A DNA stretch of 63,791 nucleotides, filler included, from Octopus bimaculoides (GCF_001194135.2; 6 parts of 5 records of this genome joined end to end with filler, not necessarily neighbours in it); one strand, 5' to 3'; shown: positions 21,936-35,015, counted from the first letter of the whole stretch. Translations and numbers: made by a program. Notes: generated from the sequence alone by a model not told the origin.

Positions 21936-24772
21936 GTTTCTATCTTCAAAATATTACTCACAAAGCTTTATTTGATTCAAGGCTTAAATAGAAGATACCT
22001 GTTCAGATGCCACGTACTGGGATCAAACCCAATGTTGTAAGGTGAACTTCTTCACCACACAGCAATGCCTGCACAGTATCATTATGGAAAAATAACTATA
22101 AAATGACTGTAAAACAAAAAAGTTTGCTCCTAAAATATTCACAAGTACTTCGTATATATATTCAGTAGTAGTTCTTCCTTTGTTTCTGTTTTCATTATTA
22201 TTCCTAATTCACTTTATTATTTGGTTTCATCTTACATAATTAGTCAAGTTTCTGAATACCTCCAAAAGATAGAATATATTAATTATGCATTCCATTATTA
22301 TAAATATAACAGTCAAAAATAACTACAATCAAGCTAGTCATATAAAACTATTATGTGTACATTATTATCAGGAAGTGAAGATAATCAAGACAGTTCAGTG
22401 TCAAATTTCACAATTTATTTTGTTACACTTGGCGTATAGCCAAGTTTCAGCCAAAGTTGACTTTTGATTTGATTCAAATATTTTTCATTCCTCTTGAGTC
22501 AATCCAATAAGTACTTGTAGTAATCTATTTACTTCATTCTAATAAATTAGCAACAGTTTGGTTAAAGGAAACTAATAGTGTACATTAACATATATGGCGA
22601 TAGTAAAATACTAGATTTGGTAGTCAGAATGAGGTCTAGTATTAGCCACACAATATAAGAGTCTTGATAAATATACTACATCAGTTATCATCCTTTGAAT
22701 TTATATCTTGGGTAACATCACATGTAACAGCATATCATCAATTGATTGGGTAATTACCATGTGAAAGTACTTTCAATTATTACATTTCCAAATAAAAGAT
22801 TTGTTTGTTTATGCCAACTTTATACGTAATTAGTAATAATTTAATTATTGCATTTTTGATTTCAGTAGGATAAACTAAGTCTTCAAACCTGTTTCAAAAC
22901 CTAGTTCAAGCTGGTTCATTTCATCTGAGTATTTGAAAGGCATGAATATCACAGCTCATTTTTGTTTCTAGTCAGCAGAAACTAATATTTGCTGCTAGTT
23001 TAGAACATCAAACTGGAATCCTTGTCATATTTAATTCCATTTTTTTTCAGGTTCTAAGTTCAAATCCTGCCAAGTTCAATTTCGTCTTTTATCCTTCTGA
23101 AGTTAGTAAGAAGTAAGACAGTAGGTTCAAATAACTTTACCTTCCCTGCTACTTCGTCAACATGCATCATTATTTCAAGTGACTAAGTCATTAAAGTACT
23201 TCCCTAAATACTTCATTTGTTTGCGTTTGAGTTGAATTTTCGGTAGTATCAATCAACTTCACCTTTTATCTCTATAGTTGATAAAATAAGTACTGATAGC
23301 ATCTGGCGTCAGTTCAGCCAGGTATATGCCTCTCCCCCAAAATTTGGCTTTGTGGCTGTAACAGAAATTGCTATTCCAAAAAGTATATCATCTCCCGAAC
23401 TCACTGTTCAAATATACTATCAAGTCATAAGTAGCTGATAATACAATTGTTCAAGAGGCTTGTGATTTGCTCCCATTGTGATTTGCTCCCATTGCCACTG
23501 AAAAAAGGTTGGGATTGAGAGATAATTTTTAAGGGCACAAAATAAGTTTACTTTAAGATTCGATAAAATTAAGTCTATCAGTTATTGTACAATAAAATAA
23601 TCTAAAACTAAGCTGATAACTTGAACAAAAATATTTTGTTTGAATTCGACTAATTTGACTGATAAGTACCCTGTAGATAGATAAGTTCTGTGTTAGGGTT
23701 TGGATGGTGATCTCTGTAGTTTTAGCTATAGTTTGATCAAAGTGATTGAAACACTGTTTCAGTGTAATTAGTTTTGAAATTGCATGCCAAATGATCCTGC
23801 TATATATGGCTTGGCCTTTTTTTTTTTATCTCTCTCAAGATGATAAAATACATATTTTAATTCAAATTATATCTTTTCTCTACTATAATTTGACCTTGTG
23901 TGACAAATATTATAAAATAGAGACAATAATTGGTGAGTTAAGTTCAAGGTCAAGTTTTAATTGATTCCTGATTGTAAATAATGTATTGTGCTACTCTGAA
24001 CTTGGGAAAACCTACCTTTGAATGCCAGATTTCTTTTAGAACTGCCTGGCTCAAAATGTCAATGCACATAATTAGATTGGTTTGCATGCAAAAGTTTTTA
24101 CCATAAAACTCTTGATAAATTTAAAACTGGCCATAGCTGATTCAGTATGAGAAAGATTGTCATATGATGAAGTTGTCTTGGTTTGGTTGCCCGTGCATGA
24201 GTCCATGTCAGTTTGAATTATATGCAGGTTTGTTGAATGGCTAATTAAGATGTTCACTATGAAGGTAGATGAACATCTATCCTTAGAAGGTGATGAATAC
24301 ATTGAAACACTGGATGGACAAATGTCCATTGTATCTGAAGTGTGTCAGTGTGTACGATGGTCAAGTGCAAAAATAAAGATGCAAAATGAATCGTCAGTTA
24401 CGTGATTGCACACCATTCTGTATGGAATAAAATTCATAGAAATCAGCAGTGGTAGTAGTTTCATTGAGTTTCCATTGTATAACCATTTTATGATTCAGAA
24501 CATTCTCATAGGTTGAAAGGAATGCTTACTACACAAAACATTAATTGTGATTTTAAGAAATGTGGAAATTCCTGTTTGACTATAAATCTGAACTGTTTTA
24601 CATATTAAAAATAGAAAATAGAAAAAAAAGTTATTAAATCAGTTAAAATGTATCTTTCACCTGTTTATACTTTTATGTTTTGTGACAATGTAGGAGACAT
24701 AAATTTATCTCGTTAAGTAGAGCATTAATAAAGAAATAGCTTGTGTGTTGTGTGTGTATATATAGATAAATA

Positions 24773-24815
<43 letters not shown>

Positions 24816-24816
<1 letters not shown>

Positions 24817-25120
24817 CTAGCAGAAATACCCGGCTTTGCCCGGGTTAAAGAGAATAATGAAATCTAAAAACGCCGTCTAGACTACGCAACCCTCAACTGT
24901 TAGTAGCTACGATACCATATTTCTGCATTAATAACTCTCCAATCCATGCCAGCATGGAACATAGACATTAAATGGAATGCCAGTCTCTCATCTAGGAGGG
25001 CCTTTAAATCAATGTTACCAACTGGGGACTATGTGTGTCGTAGTGATAATAAAAAGACCCAAAGGAGGTCTGCAACGAAATAATTTTACTCAACACTTTG
25101 CAAGTGAATCAGTGGAGGCA
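24816..25120 (+). mobile_element. Helitron-like non-autonomous element end
   Basis: ACTAGCAGAAATACCCGGCTTTGCCCGGG (subterminal GC hairpin) immediately follows (TA)n. It resembles the ACTAG..CCCG ends of Lep1/HINE-like elements from recall. Cut off by the scaffold end. Confidence 0.45.
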
Positions 25121-25220
25121 NNNNNNNNNNNNNNNNNNNNNNNNNNNNNNNNNNNNNNNNNNNNTTAATTAATTAANNNNNNNNNNNNNNNNNNNNNNNN
25201 NNNNNNNNNNNNNNNNNNNN
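25121..25220. other. Artificial scaffold-joining linker
   Basis: N44-TTAATTAATTAA-N44. Confidence 0.95.
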
Positions 25221-25249
25221 GAGATATGTACTTTTAGGACGTTTAATTT

Positions 25250-25251
<2 letters not shown>

Positions 25252-25333
<82 letters not shown>
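25252..25333. repeat. (ATT)n microsatellite
   Basis: Uninterrupted ATT run. It explains the poly-Ile ORF. Confidence 0.95.
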
Positions 25334-25335
<2 letters not shown>

Positions 25336-25654
25336 TTTCTTCTTTTTTTCTTCTGAATGACATTTGCAGAAGTCAGTGAGATCTCAAATTTAAGTATAGA
25401 ACCTGGATCGGAAGTTACTAACCTAAAACTCATTCCTCTCCTCAGTGCGAAATAATTGATTTCTTACAGAATTACATGAATACTAACACAGCATGGGTTA
25501 CGAATAGTTAAGTACATGGAGTCATATTTCATATGTATTTCGTCTCCGTTGAGATTTTGTAGACAAAGGGAAATACGAGATTGTATGATGTTCATATTTC
25601 TGGTGATGTGCGTTGAATAAAGTGAAACGGATTCAACAAACAGTTGAATGAATT

Positions 25655-25935
25655 GTTGTTGTTGTTAAGGAACAAGTCACCACTGATTGAGCAGACCTGT
25701 GATGAAAGGCGTTCTAGTTGTGACCATCATGTCTTAAAACAATTGATTTGTTGTCGTTTGGCCATAAATCACCGCTAATCGAGCATACCAGTAATCAAGA
25801 GCGTTCTAGCTGTGACCATCCTGTCTTAAAACAATTGATTTGTTGTTGTTGTTGTCGTTGTTAAGCCACAAATCACTACTAATCGAGCATACCAGTAATA
25901 AAAGGCGTTCTAGCTGTGACCATCCTGTCTTTTTT
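25655..25935 (+). repeat. Three tandem copies of a ~95-105-bp unit
   Basis: Unit AAATCAC..CTAATCGAGCATACCAGTAAT..GCGTTCTAGCTGTGACCATCCTGTCTT is repeated, with variable (GTT)n spacers. Confidence 0.85.
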
Positions 25936-26094
25936 TCCGATGCACCACGGACTACATTATTTAACGCGTTCTTTTTTATAAGGACAGTAGTAAAATGTGA
26001 TTCGAGGGAGATTTGGATATTATTTCTGGCAAGTCAACCTTGCCATAAAGCAGTGATTCCTTGATTTTCATTTTTACTCGTTGTGAACTTTAAA

Positions 26095-26218
26095 TATAGA
26101 TGTTTTCGATCAAATTTGAATTCTTTGCAATCAAATTTGAATTCTTTGCAATCTAATTTGATTGCAAAAAATTCAAATTTGATGGCAAAGAATCCAAACT
26201 ACATCGAAAACATCTATA
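26095..26218. repeat. 124-bp palindrome built from 21-bp units
   Basis: TATAGATGTTTTCG-[ATCAAATTTGAATTCTTTGCA]x2-ATCTAATTTGAT-two inverted units-CGAAAACATCTATA. Confidence 0.85.
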
Positions 26219-26264
26219 ATATTTTTACGAACTTTGTACATAAAAATAAAAGATATATATTAAT

Positions 26265-26475
26265 TCAAAATTTTGGCAGAAGATCAGTAAATTTGGGAGA
26301 GGAATTACATTTATTGCATCGACCCAGTGCTCAACTGGTACTTATTTTATTGACCACGAAAGGCAACGTTGACCTCGGCAGAATTTGAACACAGAAAGAA
26401 CGTTCAGACGGAGCAAATGTCGCTTAGCAATTTGCCCCGAGTGCTAACGATTCTGCCAGCTCGCCGCCTTAATAN
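26265..26475 (-). mobile_element. Nin-like tRNA SINE
   Basis: Reverse copy of the family at 12500: ACTGGTACTTATTTTATTGACC..GTTGACCTCGGCAGAATTTGAAC..GCTAACGATTCTGCCAGCTCGCC. Confidence 0.75.
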
Positions 26476-26566
26476 NNNNNNNNNNNNNNNNNNNNNNNNN
26501 NNNNNNNNNNNNNNNNNNNNNNNNNTTTAAAGAAAAAAAATTGATGCAAAACATTTTTATATTTAA

Positions 26567-27083
26567 CCCATTAACTGCCAATTTTTTTTATTCATATTTT
26601 TTGGCTTTGCCAGGTATCTTACGAGTTAAAATAATATATAGTATTTAAATTTTCGTCATATGTGAATTATTTTGGAAATTAAGATAAATTTTTCGAAAAG
26701 TCCTAAATGGGGATCGCTGAGAAAAAGCATATTTATCCTTTTCTATTCAATTGCAGTAATAAACATTTTAGTTATTTTGTAACTATAATATCAAATGCGA
26801 ATGTATATGAAATATCAATGAATGACACATGGAAAATGCAAAAAAAAAAAAAATAGTTTTCAAAACAGTCAATATTTTTGTAGTTCAAAAATTGCGATTT
26901 ATGACATGAAATGTCTTCTAGAATTAGCCAGAGATAATAATGATAAACTTTAACTACGAAATATTGTTAAAGTCACTTCTGCAAATGCAATGTATATATG
27001 CAATTCACTTTAAATACAGTGGACAACCGGCAGTGAGACTGTTTTCAGCAGATCCCCAAATTGGGCCCATGGCAGACAATGAG
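26567..27083. mobile_element. piggyBac-type MITE
   Basis: TTAA|CCCATTAACTGCC ... GGCAGACAATGAG|TTAA gives a TTAA TSD and imperfect TIRs. There is also an internal inverted pair GGGGATCGCTGA (about 26709) / TCAGCAGATCCCC (about 27045). Confidence 0.75.
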
Positions 27084-27659
27084 TTAAAGAATGTCAAATA
27101 TATTTTTTTCTTTTTACAAAAGGTATTGCATAAAATCATTTAAATTTCAGAAAATTAATATGATAATTAGTGTTACTCGCTGTATGACGGGTAACTTTGG
27201 AAGTATATTTTTGCTGCCATGCGTATTATCAGTAAATATGGCATACATACAATAAATATTCTAACTTTTATCAATTTTTTCAAATTTCTCAATGCTTATA
27301 TAAAATGGTGAAATGAATAACAATTTTCAGGAGAAAAATTTATATTACCTTGGAGAAAAATTGAATTCATCAAAATTCTCAATTGTTTAATTTGCAATAA
27401 ATGTATGTTGTTATTCTTCTAAATAAAACTTAACCGCAATCTACTCCATCGAAAATCCAACTCTGCAAAATTTTCTTTAGAAAGTGTATTTTTCGAAAAG
27501 TTATAAGAATTTATAAGGATTCAAGTAGGTCGTGGGACACCAAAATAGAATCGTGCCTCTCTTTCTCGTTCATTCAAGCATACATTTTGACACACACACA
27601 CATGCATACACGTACACAAACATACATACAGACAAACACACATACATGCATAATAAACT

Positions 27660-27915
27660 AAGCTGGCACTCCGTCAGTTTCGACGATGAGTATATAAGTT
27701 GATCCGACCAACGGAAAAGCCTGTTTGTGGAATTAACATACAAGTGATAGAGCCCTTTACAGACACTTGTACCCTTAATGTAGTCACCAAGGAGATTCAA
27801 TGTGATACAGAGTGTGACAAGGCTGGCCCTTTGAAATACAAGTATTACTCATTTTTGCCGGCTGAGTGGACAGAAATAAGGCCATAGAAAGTGTTTTGCT
27901 CAAGGACACAACGCG
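27660..27915 (-). mobile_element. SINE with CORE-like segment and RTE-like tail
   Basis: Reverse complement of the 3' half of the 13806 SINE (CTGGCACTCCGTC..GTGTGACAAGGCTGGCCCTTTGAA), plus TGCTCAAGGACACAAC. Confidence 0.75.
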
Positions 27916-27971
27916 TCGCTGCGATACGATCGTGTGCGGAATACTCACACGCCTTCACACATACGTACATA

Positions 27972-28137
27972 CACTAGTGTAGCTAGGAGTGGGGCGATAG
28001 GGGCGGTCCGCTCCGGGTGACACTTTTAAAAGGGCACCACTGTTGGGTCTGTTAAGGCAGTATGTGATTTTTGTGGGGTCCGGGAGAGGCAAAAGGAAGG
28101 GCCGCTCCGGGCGGCACACACTCTAGCTATGTTAGTG
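27972..28137. mobile_element. Small TIR element (probable hAT-type MITE) inserted in an (ACAT)n tract
   Basis: CACTAGTGTAGCTAGG ... CTCTAGCTATGTTAGTG are imperfect TIRs around a GC-rich interior. No clean TSD. Confidence 0.55.
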
Positions 28138-29780
28138 CACACATACATACATACACATACGCACGCATACATACATACATACATACATACATACATACAT
28201 ACACATACACGCACATACATACATACACGCTCACATACACACACGCATGCACACATACATACATACATACATACATACATACATACATACATACATTAGG
28301 GCGCCGCACTAGAAAAGCAGAACACGGGTCAATTAAAGAAAAATATATTATATTCATAGAGGGAAGACTGTTGAGGGTAGCCAGGAGAATGGTTTAGGGC
28401 TGCATGTGACCCCGGAACCGCTTTTGAGCACCACTGTTCTATATACTCTTTGTTCAAATCCCGCCGAAATCTTTCGTCGTTGATGACATTCCAGTCCTGT
28501 ATCACAAAGCAAATTCTTCACTTTCAATTTTTTCTTTCTCTCTGTCTTCCTCTCTTCTGGAAGAACTCGAATGTGGTCAGATCTGCAGAGTTATGGACTC
28601 CACCGAGTCTAAAAAGTGTTCAAGGCACGCTGAATGTCAACAATGACTTTTCTACGTTTCCATCAAGGAGTTGATTTCAATAAGGGGGAATCTTTGGGGA
28701 AGGGGAAAGGGTAGCACCTCATAAACTCGCAAATATAGTAACTATTCATTCTGGGGTTTAATACTCAGCTCTTAATCATACAAATGTGAAAGTAAATTGT
28801 CTTTGTTAAAATGGACAGCTTGCTTTCACTTTGAAAGTAAATTGCGATAAAAACCGAGAAGTTGTGACATGACAAAATTTTATGAAAACACGTTTGATAT
28901 CCGATGGGTGAGCTTCCTATGTGGGTTTCGGCAATTTCTATACTGATGAAGTTTTTAACCATTCACTCTATTTTCTTGAACCAAATGATGACAGCATGAC
29001 TGGTAATAATTTATTTACATCATATTTTCATAATCATGCCTAGCGAAACAAATTGAGATCGCGAAAATTATGGAAGGTCATTGTCGTCATTTCCGGTCTC
29101 TATCGCAAGTTTTTTTCACTTGTTTTTTACGCCGATAAATTGGATGGTAATCTCACTTCTGTATTCAGTAAATGAAACATAGCTATCAATGAGAACCATA
29201 AGCTTGATGTTTTTTGCGTATTTTTCACATATTTTTAGTAGCATTTTATCATTTCCCCGGCACGCAAGCGTTTCGCAGTGCACTGTTTGCAAATTCCTGC
29301 CGAAAAGACACCCAGCAATTTATTGAAACACGGTTGTCAGGTTTCTTTTAAGTTAGAGCTTGCCTCAAATCTACGCAGGTATAGTTTTAATTCCCCTTCA
29401 ATACAAGTCTAAAACACGTTGACTTGTATGAAAGACGTGCTTACAAAGGGTGCCCCCACATCAATGGTTCTTAACCTTTTTTTTTTTTTTTACTTTTTGT
29501 ACCCCGTTTTAAGTAGTTGCTATGTTTAGCGCCCACCGAAGTGGCCAGAGAGGCATCACGAATAAACTAACTTAACATGGCTAATAATTTATAAATTTTA
29601 CTAAAAAAAAAGAAAGGAATTGTATAAGCTTTTAACAGTGAAATGTCAAAAGTAATCCTTATGCTTTCCAGTTTTATCTGGATGCATTTTTTTTCTTTTG
29701 CAATTGTCCAATCATTCTCCAAGGTTTTGCTTCCTTTGAGAACGTTTTTTACACCTATTAAAGAGTGACAATTGATCATT

Positions 29781-29880
29781 NNNNNNNNNNNNNNNNNNNN
29801 NNNNNNNNNNNNNNNNNNNNNNNNTTAATTAATTAANNNNNNNNNNNNNNNNNNNNNNNNNNNNNNNNNNNNNNNNNNNN
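29781..29880. other. Artificial scaffold-joining linker
   Basis: N44-TTAATTAATTAA-N44. Confidence 0.95.
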
Positions 29881-30337
29881 TTTTTTTTTTTTTTTTTTTT
29901 TTCCTTCCTTCCCCCTCCCAAAAAGAAAAGCTCTACATTGTATTTGTCCCATCTTCGTTGAGCCCTGTGTGGCTAATAAAAGAAATGTATCTTCTATATA
30001 TTTATCTATCTATTTATATATCTATCTATCTATTCACCTATGTATCATGTAGCTCTCCACAACAGGCCCAACCTTTTCCCAATCTATTTATAACCCATAT
30101 CACCTTTCCCACTTCCCTCCCTCTTTATAGTAATATACATACACACATACACATATACATACACATAAAAATACAAACATATATACATACATAGTCATCC
30201 TTAAAAAATATATACAAAAACAATTTTCGAACCAGCAAGCAATGAATAGATTTTTCAAGTGAATAATTTCATTCCTTACACATTTTCAGGTCGTTTTTTG
30301 TATAGTTTTATATATTTACACATTTTTATTTTTATCA

Positions 30338-30368
<31 letters not shown>

Positions 30369-30895
30369 TGTATTAAAGATATCTATAAAAATCTCAAAGG
30401 TTTTCACTCAATATATCTCCTTAAAGCTTACTCCAGTTAAGACTCGACACCACCAGCACCCATCTTTCTCAGTTTTTTTTTATATTTATCTATTTATTTG
30501 TTTATTTATTCATTTATTTATTCTCTTATTCATATATTTGGTTTGTTCTTCGACTTTTGCAAATTCCCACCTCTTCCTACTCCTCCTGATAGATTTCTTA
30601 CTCTATCCCATGTTTTTAAAAATCTTTTCAAATCCACTTAGCTTTTTCTCTATTCTCATGACACCGATATCTTTCTATTATATATCCAACGTATAAACAC
30701 GCAAATGAACCAAAGCCCCCCCCCCCCACACACACACACACATGGATGCATACCGTCTCCCTCACATACATACGTGATCATACGTACATATACAAGCATA
30801 CATCGAGATTTTCTTCCTCCTTTTATCTCTTCTTTTGTATCCTCATTGTCGTAGTCGATATCGATCATCATCGTCGCCCTCATCATCTTCATTTT

Positions 30896-31090
30896 CTTCT
30901 TCTTCTTCTTCTTCTTCTTCTTCTTCTTCTTCTTCTTCTTCTTCTTCTTCTTCTTCTTCAAAGGCCCCCTCACCTTCTGGGAAAGGGATATGCTGGATAT
31001 TGTAAACGTGGATTCCCTGCCCACGGGAGAATGAGGTGGTGGTCACATCTAGATTGCCTTTGATCATAGATCTTCTCGATTAGAGCTGAC
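30896..31090 (-). mobile_element. 3' end of an RTE-type retroelement with a (GAA)n tail
   Basis: The minus strand reads ..CCCAGAAGGTGAGGGGGCCTTT(GAA)n. The (TTC)n run at 30896-30959 is the tail. Confidence 0.55.
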
Positions 31091-31967
31091 CTGGGGCTGA
31101 ACAACAACAAAAGCTATTACAGCAACAACAAAAATCACAACAATTAGAACTAAAACGAAAAAATAAGTATGCAGTAATATAATCTGTATTTGACCTACTC
31201 AGATTTTAAGACAATTATCTAAGATTACTTTAGATAAATATGGCAGAGGGGGAGGGGAGGAAAAAGAAATCAATATCTTAGGCAAGTTTATCAGTTAAAT
31301 GTGAAGTAGGTCGTTTCGATTTATAAAATATTGGCAGTGGAGTGATGTAGTGTGGTAAACAACGATCAACGAGATAAGCCGCTATGTTGTCTTCATTTTC
31401 ATCTTATGTGTTGATATCACCTCTCTTTTCAATAACCATATCACCACTACCATCACATGCAGCACTATTACTGCTACTGCTGCTGCTATTGCTACTAGAA
31501 ATAACAGTCTTCTAACCACATCCTACTGCCTCGAAAAATATGGAATGATCAAAGCAGAAAGGTCTTTCATCCAAAACGTGCTAGTCGAGAGTTTGGTTGA
31601 CCTGGAGCTAAATTACAATAGCAACAAGCAATAACAATAATAACATCAATAGCAACAGCATGATACATTTTCGGGTACATTATGTGGTTGATCGACCTGC
31701 CAGAAAAAGTAGCAAAATCTTCCTCCAACCTCCTTAAAAATGTGCTATTATCAATGAAGGAACATGTTAGAAGCATGTTAGATCAGACTGACTTGGAGGC
31801 GGTGGCGGAGATGGAGAGTGCCGTATAAAATCTCCATCATCAGCAAAATCAACAAGATACACTGTGAGAGCTTATATGCAAATAACTCGACATGTTAAAA
31901 ATAGCAGGTAATTATCCCTCAAATCACACCCTGTGGTCTTAAAAAATGGAAAGTTACATTAGATTAG

Positions 31968-32735
31968 GTACGGCTGTATGGTTAGGAAGTTCGCTTTGCC
32001 ACCACGTGGTTTTGAGTTCAGTCCCGCTGCGCAACACCTTGAGTAAGTGTCATCTACTATGGTTCCGAGTCGATCAATGCCTTGGGAGTGAATTTGGTAA
32101 ACGAAAACTGTGTGGAACCCCGTAGTGTACATATGCGTGTGTGTTTATGTATATGCGTATGTATATATGTGGTGAAGGCACATGGCACAGTAGTTAGAAC
32201 GTCGTGTTCACAATCATGAAATTGTGAGTTCAATTCCAATACTGGACTGTGTATTGTGTTCTTGAGCAAGACACTTTATTTCATGTTGCTCAAGTTCACT
32301 CAGCTATAGAAATGAGCTGCGACGTCACTGATGCCAAGCTGTATCAGTCTTTGCCTTTTCTTTGGGTAACATCGGTGTCGTGGAGAAGGAAGGCTGGTAT
32401 GCATGATCGACTGCTGGCTTTCCATAAACAACCTTGCCCAGACTTGTGCCTTGAAGGGTGCAATCTCATGGTCATTTATGACTGATTTGGGTCTTTATGT
32501 ATAAATGTATATGTGTGTCCATCTTTGTATTTTTGTTTTTCTCCTCCCCTTCACTACTAGACAGCCGTTGTTAACTTGTTTACGTCTCTGTAACTTAGCA
32601 GTTTGACCCTAAGATATGATTGAATAAGTACCAAACTTAGGATAATTATTGCAGTCGATTTATTAGATTAGCTCTATAAGAAAGTGCTCTTGTGTGACCA
32701 TAATTCAATGACTGGAACAGGTAAGAGAGTAAGGG
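31968..32735 (+). mobile_element. OR-like SINE split by a second SINE inserted in its internal microsatellite
   Basis: Head/core at 31968-32130. A different tRNA SINE (GTGTTCTTGAGCAAGACACTT) occupies about 32175-32490. The host 3' half resumes at about 32500-32735. Confidence 0.7.
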
Positions 32736-34520
32736 AGCAAAAGAAAATTTTAGGTATGCAATGCTACAAAGCATTTGATTATGAACTTGCTCGATCTGTA
32801 TTGAGCTAGGGTTAAACAATTTAATAAACTAGCAATCAAAGAATCCTTTCTATAGTCACTCGTCTTGCTAGAAATAAAACCAAATCACTTTCAAATAACA
32901 CATATTTCTGAAAAATAAAATGTGAATTATTGTAACACTAGATTCACTTGGAAAAAGTCAGGATGGTCATATAAGGAACGGCTTTATTCATATGTTTTGC
33001 ATGATCCCATTTGATTTAAATTTTAAAGAGAAATGAGACGAAGAAGCTTCTATGTAGTCGTCCATCTGCTAGAAACAGCGGCAAAATTTCGCTTAACTCA
33101 AGCGTTATCGATTTTTTAAAAAGTATCATATTGTGTTGTGTTAAATGTACTCTTAAATAGATTATGCCTGAGAAAGGATGGATGGTCATGCTGGAACATT
33201 TTAATCAAAGGTCATATCAGCCGCTGCTGACCTGAGACTAAATTATACCAATAACCTTTATCTGCAAGTCCATTAAAGAAGTACCAGATATTGCTCTCGG
33301 GTACATTTAATGGCATGTACAATGTTTTCACAAACAGTTGTTGCCTAGCGCAATTAATTATATTATAAACCTACATTGCAACGTATTAATTATACAAACT
33401 TTTAACAAAAAAAAAAAACCTTGAGAAGAACAGATGAAAAGTTAAACAAAATATGTAAAATGATGTCAATAAATATAAACAAAACATAGATACTGTATTA
33501 CCTTATATTGGTTGCTTAATGCTTCTAAAATATTACGGAAAAGATTTCCCTTATGAAATATTAGAAAGAAAATATCAAAGAGTTCGAGGGAAAATGTTCT
33601 TACTGCCAGTAACAACACGTAATTTATTTTCTTTCTTATATTTGATAAGGGGGATCTTTCCCGAAATATTATAAAAGCTAAGCAATCTATGTAAGAGAAC
33701 AAAAGAATAAAACTTTTCCGTTGAACATACAATCGTTATGTGTACACAGTTTTGGGTGTAAATAATTTACTTAACATTCTACATAATTAAAGCTACCTGC
33801 ATGATAATTGTTCGGTGTGTCCTCTATGAAGTTTTTCAATTCCCTTTGATATTTCTAAATTGTCCAAGACTAGACAGATTCATACATTCGAACAATGACT
33901 TTCATACAATAACAAATTTGCTTTAATGGCGGACCAAAAAATAAAAACATTTAGTTGGATAAATCCCAGGATAGTGGTGATGAGAAAACTACGAAATAAC
34001 GTCCATTCACCACTTGATTAAAAAATGTCTTTATTTACAAACGATATGTACAATGAAGATTTATTTATTGAAGAATTGCTTGTACACTTAAAATAAGATT
34101 AAAAAAAAAAAGAAACTAGTAGTTTTTTAATCATTGAAAAGGTATGAATAATTTGAATACATCTCATTCCTATGACATTAAACTATTTGTAAACACGAAG
34201 TATTGGCTACTGTCATTTGAATTTATAGCGAAACCGGAAGATTCCAGAATCACTATTCCACATTTCACCAACTTTTACTAAAAGAGGGAAATAGAGGCTG
34301 ATACAATTAAATATCTGAAGTTCAGTTTTTCGTATCAGTAAATAATCAGTAAATTTTACATGGATCTTATTGTAAACGTCTTGGTGATTTGGAAATCTGC
34401 GCAATTAACTAAGTAATTATACAGTATGCAGTTAAGCGGAATCGATTGCAGTATTATAAAGCACTAAATCATTAGTGACCTCCTAAAACAGCTGGAGAGT
34501 GGATATATGTGTGTGCGTAT

Positions 34521-34552
<32 letters not shown>

Positions 34553-34799
34553 ACACATACTGAACATACAAATACATTTATATAAGTGCGTGCATGTGTG
34601 TGCGCGTAAGTTCATGTGTATGTATATCTGTTTGCATATGTGTCTTCATATATTTATGCATAATCCTTAAACGCGCCGAGTACCTTAGCTCTATGACTAG
34701 GTGTTCTACTACAACATCTACCTATATTTATATATATATATATATATACGTACATACGTATATATATACACACACATATATATATACGTATATATATAC

Positions 34800-35015
34800 T
34801 CTTTTACTCTTTTACTTGTTTCAGTCATTTGACTGCAGCCATGCTGGAGCACCGTCTTTAGTCGAGCAAATCGACCCCAGGACTTATTCTTTGGAAGCCT
34901 AGTACCTATTCTATCAATTTCGTTTGCCGAACCGCTAAGTTACGGGGACGTAAACACACCAGCATCGGTTGTCAAGCGATGTTGGGGGGACAAACACAGA
35001 CACACAAACACACAT

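Noticed and set aside
23461-23492. Perfect 16-bp tandem duplication TGTGATTTGCTCCCAT x2
   Set aside because: An ordinary slippage event with no further structure.
24072-24400. Coding-looking stretch with short ORFs on both strands, considered as the next IP3K exon
   Set aside because: No W.K/WSPF/QLAGH kinase motifs were found here or elsewhere in 17732-25120, and the frames are closed by stops.
25655-26218. CRISPR-like repeat/spacer array
   Set aside because: Eukaryotic DNA, no unique spacers of constant length and no cas genes.
28026-28397. ORFs with MYVC/HTY, poly-I, poly-K/E/L or SL repeats (also 25173, 30656-31067, 40486-40891, 46141, 54887, 55585)
   Set aside because: These are translations of microsatellites.
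28450-29400. Possible hAT/Charlie transposase remnant on the minus strand
   Set aside because: Only vague similarity with many stops and no diagnostic motif I can defend without a profile search.
33400-33900. Possible ancient Penelope GIY-YIG remnant
   Set aside because: Similarity is limited to scattered residues in AT-rich DNA and is not supportable by eye.
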